Shown one piece after another: positions 1-7,480 of a stretch of DNA of 27,306 bases. The notes under the pieces are model-generated. The model had not been told where the DNA came from. It saw only the letters and a list, made by a program, of their open reading frames with translations, and made no database searches. Numbering within the stretch: the stretch's first letter is position 1; each line of letters opens with the position of its first letter. The position numbers and the translations under genes were made by a program. Source of the DNA: Candidatus Heimdallarchaeota archaeon (GTDB lineage Archaea > Asgardarchaeota > Heimdallarchaeia > Heimdallarchaeales > Heimdallarchaeaceae); the NCBI GenBank assembly GCA_019057375.1, contig DXJF01000031.1:1-27306 (forward strand), read 5' to 3'.

Positions 1-287
1 CCTGTCGCATCTAACATATCGGGATTTACACCTATTCCTGTCATGATCTCATTGTAATATTCATATGGATGTTCTGTTGAAAAAATATACCCATACTCTC
101 CTGATCTTAGACCTTCTGATAGGAAGTTAAGAACAAACGGATCTGCTTCTGCTCCAATTTCGTCTTCAATAAGAACATTAGAACCTGCAGGAATTCCACC
201 ACCTAGAATTTCATCTAGAGTGGGAATACCAAAAGTAAATAATTTCTTTTCTCCAGTACTAGAACTTGGTGAAAACATAAAAGTCAT
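1..287 (-). CDS. KaiC/RAD55-like RecA-superfamily ATPase domain protein, N-terminal part (runs off the window start)
   Basis: Not in the ORF track. Manual translation from ATG 287 (alternative ATG 278) gives MTFMFSPSSSTGEKKLFTFGIPTLDEILGGGIPAGSNVLIEDEIGAEADPFVLNFLSEGLRSGEYGYIFSTEHPYEYYNEIMTGIGVNPDMLDAT, open to the window edge. The (T)GIPxLDxxLGGGIPxGS opening is typical of KaiC/RAD55 proteins. The Walker A position is degenerate. Confidence 0.8.
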   Translation of the reverse strand, partial: MTFMFSPSSSTGEKKLFTFGIPTLDEILGGGIPAGSNVLIEDEIGAEADPFVLNFLSEGLRSGEYGYIFSTEHPYEYYNEIMTGIGVNPDMLDAT

Positions 288-349
288 CTCAATTATTCTA
301 TTCAAATATGTGATTTTTCAGATATTAAAATCTACTGCTCCTATCCAGC

Positions 350-682
350 TTATTTGTAATTTCTAGATAGTTTCTTTCTAAGTTTAACATCCAAGTCATT
401 TGGAGTAACATAATCAAACTCAGAATATTGGTCCCGTTTAGGTTTTTGTGGATGACTTTGATGTTGAGTTTTCATAGGTTTGAAACACATTCCAGAATCA
501 TTCAATTTTCTTTCTCGACAATCAGCATAATTACACATGTACCCTAAGCATTCAGAACCATCATCCATAGCACAGAGAAAGGTTTTCTCCCCGTTCTTTC
601 TAACAATCCTCAGCATTTTTTTACTACAAAAAAAAGATCGACAGGTTAGCGTGCACTCACGATTTCTTGAACTAGAGCTCAT
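350..682 (-). CDS. Small cysteine-rich hypothetical protein (8 Cys, putative metal-binding)
   Basis: 110-aa ORF co-directional with carS and the KaiC-like gene. Cys at 10, 14, 19, 37, 45, 50, 55 and 66, followed by a charged low-complexity tail. Confidence 0.7.
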   Translation of the reverse strand: MSSSSRNRECTLTCRSFFCSKKMLRIVRKNGEKTFLCAMDDGSECLGYMCNYADCRERKLNDSGMCFKPMKTQHQSHPQKPKRDQYSEFDYVTPNDLDVKLRKKLSRNYK

Positions 683-767
683 TTAAAACTACCTGTCAAT
701 TAATATGAATAACTTCCTCAAATTACATATAAATTTTACTTAATGGCTATCAGATAGAGAAATCTAA

Positions 768-1313
768 TTACCATGGAACAGATTTCGCTCCTACTTTATA
801 GGCTAGAACATTTGCTCCAAAATGAAGAAGAGGAGCAATAATCAGTATTGTTACAATAAATTGCCAAGGCATAGACTTGAAGATAGGCCAACTCCACAGT
901 AAACCAAATAAGATATATCCAGATTGGTCAAATACAGGAAAACTCCCGCCAGATTGAATGTTTATCCGTCTTTTAATAAAAGACCCGAACATGTCTCCAA
1001 AGTTACTTCCCCAACCCATTACTAATCCTATCCACATAGGGTACTGTAAACCAATTGCTCCATATCTTAGAATCATAAGGTCATGTACCAGATAGAAGAC
1101 TACAATACTAGCAATCAACCCACTTAATATTCCAGTTATTAACCCCTGAATAGTTTTATGATCACCTAAAATTCTTTTTCCATCGAAGAAATTCTTGTAA
1201 AAATCTACTGGATAACCACCACCAAGTAAAGCTGGAGCAGCATTGGAAACCATCAAGGGAGCTGCGAATAGAAAAGCTAAGCCAACATCTAATAAGAATT
1301 CAACAAAGGACAT
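768..1313 (-). CDS. carS: CDP-archaeol synthase (CDP-2,3-bis-O-geranylgeranyl-sn-glycerol synthase, DUF46)
   Basis: Hydrophobic 181-aa protein with SNAAPALLGGGYPVD, FFDGKRILGDHKT(I)QG and GDMFGSFIKRR...G..FPVFDQ motifs typical of CarS. Confidence 0.9.
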   Translation of the reverse strand: MSFVEFLLDVGLAFLFAAPLMVSNAAPALLGGGYPVDFYKNFFDGKRILGDHKTIQGLITGILSGLIASIVVFYLVHDLMILRYGAIGLQYPMWIGLVMGWGSNFGDMFGSFIKRRINIQSGGSFPVFDQSGYILFGLLWSWPIFKSMPWQFIVTILIIAPLLHFGANVLAYKVGAKSVPW

Positions 1314-1402
1314 TTTTGGAACATCACTTCAACTCTGTTAAGGCTATATAAAATATACGGAAGAATATCACAGAGAAATTTATCCTGTTTGTCATACAAA
1401 AG

Positions 1403-1414
1403 CCTTAATTTATA
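1403..1414 (+). promoter_or_regulatory. Candidate archaeal TATA box for the deacetylase gene (probably leaderless)
   Basis: CCTTAATTTATA preceded by AAAAG, ending about 21 nt upstream of ATG 1436, in the divergent carS/HDAC spacer. Confidence 0.35.
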
Positions 1415-1435
1415 GTTGATGTACATAAAATCTAG

Positions 1436-2488
1436 ATGCTCGATTTAGCAGTAATATATTCAGATTTATTCAAAAAGCATAATATGGACAGAGCTCATCC
1501 AGAATCCTCCCTTAGACTAGATGAAATCATTAAATCATTAAAGAAGATAAAAAAAGAATCTAAGTACTCCATTGAATTTTTTGATCCTGAACCAATAGAG
1601 GAGGAAAATATTCTGTCTGTTCATGTTCCAGATCATATTGCTAAGATTCGAGCAATTTCTCAAGCTGGAGGAGGTATGATTACAATTGACACATCTCTCA
1701 ATGAACATACTTTTGATATTGCAAAGTTATCAGCTGGTGCAACCAAACAAGCTGTAGATTTAGTTGACCAAAATAAAGCTCAGAGAAGTTTCGCAGTTGT
1801 TCGTCCACCTGGTCATCATGCCGAGTATAATTCAGCAGGAGGTTTCTGTTATTTCAACAATGTGGCAATAGCTGCTGAATGGTTAATTCAATACAAGGGT
1901 TATAACCGCATAGCAATTATTGACATCGATCATCATTTTGGGAATGGGACCTCTCATATTTTCTATCACCGTAAAGATGTTTTTTACATATCTTTGCACG
2001 CCCATCCTAATTACTCCTATCCGGGAACTGGTTTTCCTACTGAGATAGGTGTTGTTGAAGGAAAGGGGTATAATGTTAATGTTGCTTTATTACCTGGAAT
2101 AAAAAGTATGGATTGGCTAAAAGCACTGATTTTTTCAATTAATATAGTTAGACAATACAAACCTGAATTTATTCTCGTTTCATTAGGTTTTGATTCTTTA
2201 GCTGGAGACCCAGTAGGTGTTATGAGTGTTGGATCAAATGCGTTTTATGCTGCAGGCTACCTTCTTAATGAAATTGCACAAGAATGTTGCGAAGGTAAAA
2301 TTGCTTGCACTTTAGAAGGTGGATACAAGCTTGACCAATTAGAAGATGTAAGTTCAAAATTCATATTGGGTCTGCTTGGAAACAAGCCATATATATTAGA
2401 TAAATTAGAAGAAACTGAAATTTCTGAACATACTGCTAGTATGTTGAAACAGGTAAGAAAATCGTTACTAGCCCACTGGAGGTTTTAA
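1436..2488 (+). CDS. Zn-dependent histone deacetylase / AcuC-family deacetylase
   Basis: HPES..RL, RPPGHHA, GGFCYFNNVAIAA, IDIDHHFGNGT, SLH, YPGTG, GYNVNV, GFDS..GDP and LEGGY motifs. Confidence 0.93.
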   Translation: MLDLAVIYSDLFKKHNMDRAHPESSLRLDEIIKSLKKIKKESKYSIEFFDPEPIEEENILSVHVPDHIAKIRAISQAGGGMITIDTSLNEHTFDIAKLSAGATKQAVDLVDQNKAQRSFAVVRPPGHHAEYNSAGGFCYFNNVAIAAEWLIQYKGYNRIAIIDIDHHFGNGTSHIFYHRKDVFYISLHAHPNYSYPGTGFPTEIGVVEGKGYNVNVALLPGIKSMDWLKALIFSINIVRQYKPEFILVSLGFDSLAGDPVGVMSVGSNAFYAAGYLLNEIAQECCEGKIACTLEGGYKLDQLEDVSSKFILGLLGNKPYILDKLEETEISEHTASMLKQVRKSLLAHWRF

Positions 2489-2506
2489 CAGCTATTTTCA
2501 TACAAA

Positions 2507-2525
2507 GATGGGAATAATTTTTAAA
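2507..2525 (+). promoter_or_regulatory. Candidate BRE/TATA promoter of the MFS gene
   Basis: Purine-rich GATGGGAATAA followed by TTTTTAAA (2518-2525), 22 nt before ATG 2548. Confidence 0.4.
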
Positions 2526-2547
2526 CATCTATTTTATTTAAAATTCT

Positions 2548-3984
2548 ATGTCTGAAGTTTTCAAAGAAGAGGTTGAATTAGAAACTAAGACTTCCTTAAA
2601 GAATGTCTTTATTTGGTCTTTGTATGACCTTGCTAACACTGTTTATTCTATGGTTATAGTTTCGTTAATTATAAATCAATATGTCCTTATTATTGGTCAA
2701 AGAGTAAACGGTTTTACCTATGCGAAATCAGAATTCATTTTCGCTACAGTTGTAATGGTCATGCAAATAATTATTGCAATTGGAATGCCAATAGCCGGAG
2801 CTTTAAGTGATTATGCGGGCAAACGAAAGCCTTTCGTAATCGTTCTAACTGGAATTATACTGATTTTTGCAAGTCTATTAGGTATATTTCAAAGCCTTTG
2901 GTTGGTTCTATTATTCTATGTGATTGCAAACATGGCATATCAATGGAGTCTTGCTTTCTATGATTCGATGTTACCATTTATTGCAGCACCAAGACATGCT
3001 GGAAAAGTTGGTGGTTTTGGAGTAGCTTTTGGTTACTTAGGAACAATAATTGGTATTGCCGCAATGTTAGTTCTTTCAAGTATTTGGGGATCGCCTAGAA
3101 GTAATCCTGATGACGGATGGGTTAAGTTTGGCTATCTTGATGAATGGTGGACTTATGTAATTGCAATGGGAATTTTCCTGATTTTTGCATTACCTTTCTT
3201 TTTCGTAAAAGAGAGAAAGAAGAAAGGCGAGACACCACCTATGAAGCAAGTTGTAAAAGGATCTTTCAAACAATTAGGAACTACATTTAGAGATATTAGA
3301 CAACACAGAGAGATGTTCAAATTTATCATTGGATATTTCTTAATAGTCGAAGTAGCTAACGTAGTTATTATCAAAATGATTCTTATAGTAACTGATGGAA
3401 TGGGTATGGACTATAGTTTTGCAAATTACTTCATCATTATCGCCACAATATCTGCTGTCCTATTTACGTATCCTGTAGGAATATTCGCTGATAAAAAGGG
3501 TGCAAAAGCAACTTTTGTCATGGTCTGTGGTTTCTGGATAATTGCTTTGGTTATATCAATCATTGCCTCAATTGCTTGGTCTCCAATTGCAGTTCCTGAA
3601 ATGCTTGGCGGTGCTGAAGGTAACGGCTGGTCTTTTCCATTTATCATGGTTTTATTAATGGGCATTTTAGCAGGACCTGCTTTAGGAGGAACTTGGGTTG
3701 CTCAAAGATATATGGTTATTGAACTTGCACCAAAAGAGAAGTTTGGAGAATATATGGGTTTCAGTAAATTATCTGGTAAAGTTTCTGCATCTATTGGACC
3801 AATCATTTGGGCAGCTATTATCGCTTTAAGTGATCCAAATGGTGCCAATTGGGATATGAATGTTACTTATGCTCTAGCTGTTGGTGTTATAGGTCTCATC
3901 ATGTTAGCAGGACTAGTTGTAATTCTCTTTGTTAAACCCACTAAAAGCATATTAAAAGAAGATGGGATGGTAGCAACAAACTAG
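2548..3984 (+). CDS. MFS transporter, UMF1/Atg22(BtlA)-like family
   Basis: About 12 hydrophobic segments; WSLYDLANTVYS, GALSDYAGKRK, FYDSMLPFIA, GIFADKKGAK and PKEKFGEYMGF motifs. Substrate unknown. Confidence 0.85.
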   Translation: MSEVFKEEVELETKTSLKNVFIWSLYDLANTVYSMVIVSLIINQYVLIIGQRVNGFTYAKSEFIFATVVMVMQIIIAIGMPIAGALSDYAGKRKPFVIVLTGIILIFASLLGIFQSLWLVLLFYVIANMAYQWSLAFYDSMLPFIAAPRHAGKVGGFGVAFGYLGTIIGIAAMLVLSSIWGSPRSNPDDGWVKFGYLDEWWTYVIAMGIFLIFALPFFFVKERKKKGETPPMKQVVKGSFKQLGTTFRDIRQHREMFKFIIGYFLIVEVANVVIIKMILIVTDGMGMDYSFANYFIIIATISAVLFTYPVGIFADKKGAKATFVMVCGFWIIALVISIIASIAWSPIAVPEMLGGAEGNGWSFPFIMVLLMGILAGPALGGTWVAQRYMVIELAPKEKFGEYMGFSKLSGKVSASIGPIIWAAIIALSDPNGANWDMNVTYALAVGVIGLIMLAGLVVILFVKPTKSILKEDGMVATN

Positions 3985-4027
3985 CTGCCAATCCTTCACA
4001 TTATTTTTTTCCTTTAAAACACACACA

Positions 4028-4040
4028 ACAAGAGTTTTAA
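4028..4040 (+). promoter_or_regulatory. Candidate BRE/TATA promoter of the AAA+/VWA unit, downstream of a T-rich tract (about 4001-4010) that may terminate the MFS transcript
   Basis: ACAAGAG followed by TTTTAA (4035-4040), 24 nt upstream of ATG 4065. Confidence 0.35.
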
Positions 4041-4064
4041 TTTCTCTTTCTTTATATTAATTTG

Positions 4065-4955
4065 ATGTCTAAAGGAAGTCAGCTTTCAAAAGAAGTTCTA
4101 GATAAAATGTTAAAACTCATCATTGGACGAAAGAAAGAGCTAGAAATGATGGTTAGAGCTATTGAGAAAGATTTACCAATTATTATTGAAGGTCCAGTTG
4201 GAACTGGAAAAACAGAGATGGCTAAAGCTTTAGCAGAGAGTCTTGAGAGACCTTTCATTAGAGTGGATGGTGATGACAGTTTAACCTCTATTAAACTGAA
4301 GGGATGGTATGACCCTCCTCTTGTGCTAGAGAAGGGTTTTTCTAGAGATACATTCATTTCAGGACCTTTAACTGAGGCAATGGAAGAAGGAGGATTATTT
4401 TTCTATAATGAAGTTAATCGTGCACCTTCTGAAACTATTAATGCAGTATTAACAGCTTTGGATGAGAAATTGATAACAATACCTCAGCTAGGAGAAATCA
4501 AAGCACAGAAAGGTTTTATACCCGTTTTCACCTATAACCCTCACGATACTGTAGCTACAAATCCCTTACCAAAAGCATTCTACGATCGTTGCATTTGGAT
4601 TAGTGTTACTCATCAATCTTTGGAAGAAATGATCGAAATTGTAAAACTTCGAACATCTAGCTCAGACAACTTTCTTATTCGAATATCATGTGAGATTGTT
4701 GAAGCTTCATTAAATCATCCTGAGCTTGAATATGGTTCAACTGTTCGTGGTGCAATGCAATTAGTAAATCTCTTTAGAGTAAATGAAAGAATAGATGAGC
4801 TTGAACTTATCGAGAGAGCAATATCCGTTCATTCTCGGAAGATTAGATGTAAAACATCCAGTAGAAAAAGCGAAGTAAAGATTATAGAAGAAATCATCTC
4901 TAAAGTCTTGTCTAAATATGATAAAGATAGGATATCACGAAAAAAAGAAGACTAG
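4065..4955 (+). CDS. MoxR/CoxD-type AAA+ ATPase (AAA_5); short, non-frameshifted product of a putative frameshifted gene
   Basis: Walker A GPVGTGKT, variant Walker B LFFYNEVNRAP, FTYNP and LPKAFYDR (arginine finger region). The ORF track starts at TTG 4062; ATG 4065 is the more likely start. Confidence 0.88.
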   Translation: MSKGSQLSKEVLDKMLKLIIGRKKELEMMVRAIEKDLPIIIEGPVGTGKTEMAKALAESLERPFIRVDGDDSLTSIKLKGWYDPPLVLEKGFSRDTFISGPLTEAMEEGGLFFYNEVNRAPSETINAVLTALDEKLITIPQLGEIKAQKGFIPVFTYNPHDTVATNPLPKAFYDRCIWISVTHQSLEEMIEIVKLRTSSSDNFLIRISCEIVEASLNHPELEYGSTVRGAMQLVNLFRVNERIDELELIERAISVHSRKIRCKTSSRKSEVKIIEEIISKVLSKYDKDRISRKKED

Positions 4956-4989
4956 GTGACCTTACATCATCCATTGTAGGGGATGAACC
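4940..4989 (+). other. Putative -1 programmed ribosomal frameshift signal: A_AAA_AAA heptamer plus downstream hairpin
   Basis: A7 at 4940-4946 is in X_XXY_YYZ register with the AAA+ frame. The 0-frame stop is TAG 4953. The -1 frame opens after TAG 4928-4930 and is stop-free into the VWA ORF. CCTTACA (4960-4966) can pair with TGTAGGG (4975-4981), extended by GGT 4955-4957 with ACC 4987-4989. Confidence 0.6.
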
Positions 4990-5020
4990 GTTTCTTGCTT
5001 TCCCATCAAATGCTGGTCGA

Positions 5021-5977
5021 ATGACTATCAATGAGATTCATCTTGAACTTGGTAAAAAAGAAGATAATATGGCACGTATTATCGAATTGGCTGAAAGAGC
5101 AGCAGAGGAAAGTAATTTGGAGGGTTTAAGGCTTATTGCAACCAATTATCCCATGATAGCAGCTAAAATACTTAATAAAATTGATTTGACTGACGAAATG
5201 TTAGAAAATCTTGCAGGAGAAGATTTGATTCAGCTATATTCTAGAACAAAAAAACATCTTAACTATAATATTCGTAAGAAACTCCTAGAGAAACTTATAC
5301 CATTCATAACTGAAAAAGCCAAAACTATATTCAGACGAGGGATTTCATCATCAGTTTCTAGATATGTAAATTATGAACCTAGTGATTCCTGGGAAATTGA
5401 GATGACTTTTGAGAAAATGTTGAGTAGTGGGAAGCAAGTTCCTGACTATGACAGTATAGTGGTCAAAGAACCTTCAAAAAGAAAGAAAAGTATTGTTATT
5501 TGTATTGATAAAAGTCTTAGTGTTTTACGGTTAATCCATCAGATAGTTTTGATGGCTTCTGTTTTGTCTCTTTCAGTTAAGAGAGACAATTTTGCTATAA
5601 TAGAATTTGACTCAGAAGCTCAATTGTTGAAGCCTATGGCTAAGAGAATCCCACCTGAAGAATTAGTAGAACTAATTTTGAATATTGAAAGCGGAGGGAA
5701 AACAGATTTAAATGAAGCCCTACTATTAGCTACAAAACAGCTGAAAGATAGCTCATCAAGAGAAAAAATCATCTATATCATTAGTGACCTTGAGAGAACT
5801 ATAGGAAGAAATCCACTCCCAACTATTCAACGTATTCCAGATTTAAGAGTAGTTTATGCGAGGACATATAGACGCGTATCTTTTGTTGATGAAATCGTTT
5901 CTCTATCGAATGTAAAGATGGTTGAATTGAATCACAATTCCGATCTAGTGGAATTAACTACCAAATTAGTTTTTTGA
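5021..5977 (+). CDS. von Willebrand factor A (VWA) domain protein, partner of the MoxR ATPase; the frame is open upstream to 4931
   Basis: C-terminal VWA domain with MIDAS IDKSLS (DxSxS), GGKTDL.EAL (Thr) and IISD (Asp). The helical N-terminal region and the WEIEMT...VVKE segment resemble CoxE-like VWA proteins. Confidence 0.85.
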   Translation: MTINEIHLELGKKEDNMARIIELAERAAEESNLEGLRLIATNYPMIAAKILNKIDLTDEMLENLAGEDLIQLYSRTKKHLNYNIRKKLLEKLIPFITEKAKTIFRRGISSSVSRYVNYEPSDSWEIEMTFEKMLSSGKQVPDYDSIVVKEPSKRKKSIVICIDKSLSVLRLIHQIVLMASVLSLSVKRDNFAIIEFDSEAQLLKPMAKRIPPEELVELILNIESGGKTDLNEALLLATKQLKDSSSREKIIYIISDLERTIGRNPLPTIQRIPDLRVVYARTYRRVSFVDEIVSLSNVKMVELNHNSDLVELTTKLVF

Positions 5978-7312
5978 TTTAGTTTTCTTACTCTTTCTAA
6001 GTGCGATTATTTGGTCTGCAATAATTATTACCAACCCAACCCCACTTAATATTCCTCCTTCTATAACTGCTTGTTTTCTATGTATAACATAATTTATAGC
6101 AATTTTAGCTTCATAAATGAAAGATTCAGTTGTGTTCCACTCATCTACAAATGTGATTAAGAAAACTGTTTCTTCTTCCTCAGTTTCATTCATAGTTATA
6201 AGAATACCAGAATCTACTTCTTCTCCAATTAGTTTAGACTCGAAAATACTTTCATCTTTTGCTTGATTAGTAATGTTTGAATAAGAAGCAATCATCTGTC
6301 CATAAGTGATATTTTTATCATAGTAGTTATTCGTCAAATTTTCAAAATTATCAAAAAAACTAATGAAAGTATCATTATTGGTAGTAAGGACTGTAACATT
6401 ATAATCAACTAAACCTGTTTCACTACTAAAGTTAACTAAAGTGGTAGCTTGGGGTTTGTTTACAAGAGCTATACCCAGAGTTGGATCGAAGAATGATTGC
6501 GTACTCTTGTACTCATATGAAATCTCATAATCAACAGATCTATTCAAACCGATAATAGGTCCTAGCATTAGACCTAAGAATATTAGAAATATTCCAAAGA
6601 GTGTGAGTTGTCTCTTTATCAAACTCCACGTTGCTTTTAAATTTGTATAAAATTTCTTCCAGTCTTCTACTGGTTTCTGTTTCTTTCTCCTGAATGCTGG
6701 AAATAGGATTACTATCATCCATACAATAAATAAGAGAACATGAAATGTGAACTGAGCGATGTATAAATCCAGAAATTCTCCATAAATTGATTGAAGTTCT
6801 TCTTGAGATAGATTTATGAAAAATATTCTTTGCCCTTCAGTCATAGTATAAATCGACCAATCTGGAATCAGACCAACAAAGGTCAATGGGAAGAACAACC
6901 ATGCTTCGTTTTTGAATCGAAGGTAAACTGAAAGATCATACAGATTATTATCTAAAGGCCAGAATAACAGAAGAGGCCCCCAGCTGAGGTCCAGAAAAAT
7001 ATGAACTAACCACATCAGTGAAGCCAATTTAACAAATCTTACAGTTTTGTAAGTTGCTGATTCTATTGGACTTGCGTCTTTATTGATTTTATCTATTACT
7101 AGCATACTGAAAAGAATGAAAGTGGGAAGAATCAAGCTGTGCGTGTAAGACCTGTGAAATCCAAAAAGTAAATCTATATCGGGGAGAACCGCTACAAGAT
7201 TAATGAGTATAAACTCCCATCTATGTTCTTTATAATATGTCTTATTCTTCTTTGATAATAATAACCATGCAATAATACCTTGTACAGCTAGATGTGTGGG
7301 TGTATATGTCAT
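5966..7312 (-). CDS. Membrane-bound metal-dependent hydrolase (YdjM/DUF457-like) fused to a C-terminal membrane-flanked domain
   Basis: N-terminal THL...LPDIDL...HRSYTHSL...HIFLD...LLFWP motifs, several TM helices and a C-terminal TM with a basic tail. Overlaps the convergent VWA gene by 12 bp. Confidence 0.75.
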   Translation of the reverse strand: MTYTPTHLAVQGIIAWLLLSKKNKTYYKEHRWEFILINLVAVLPDIDLLFGFHRSYTHSLILPTFILFSMLVIDKINKDASPIESATYKTVRFVKLASLMWLVHIFLDLSWGPLLLFWPLDNNLYDLSVYLRFKNEAWLFFPLTFVGLIPDWSIYTMTEGQRIFFINLSQEELQSIYGEFLDLYIAQFTFHVLLFIVWMIVILFPAFRRKKQKPVEDWKKFYTNLKATWSLIKRQLTLFGIFLIFLGLMLGPIIGLNRSVDYEISYEYKSTQSFFDPTLGIALVNKPQATTLVNFSSETGLVDYNVTVLTTNNDTFISFFDNFENLTNNYYDKNITYGQMIASYSNITNQAKDESIFESKLIGEEVDSGILITMNETEEEETVFLITFVDEWNTTESFIYEAKIAINYVIHRKQAVIEGGILSGVGLVIIIADQIIALRKSKKTKSKN

Positions 7313-7480
7313 TTACTTCACTAATTGTTAGTTTTTTTAAGTTTACACTTGCTTATTTTTATTAATGGTTTTTATACTAATAAATAGTTATTTCTATTGA
7401 AAGTAAATCTAAGACTAATACTAAGTAAGACTTATTACTTTGATTATAAATTGATGTTTGTAGCGATAGGGTAGACACAA

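Noticed and set aside
3153-4357. Minus-strand ORFs 3153-3374, 3426-3665 and 4079-4357
   Set aside because: Antisense shadows of the well-supported MFS and AAA+ genes, with no motifs.
4953-4978. TAG read-through (pyrrolysine or suppression) of the AAA+ ORF
   Set aside because: The 0 frame meets another TAG seven codons later and does not join the VWA frame. Only a -1 shift connects the two ORFs.
7313-7480. AT-rich spacer upstream of mcm as a replication origin (TAAGACT twice at 7410 and 7426; AAGTAA/TTACTT inverted repeat)
   Set aside because: No recognisable ORB/mini-ORB motif or G-string and no cdc6/orc1 nearby. The spacer is explained as a divergent promoter, and the repeats are too short.
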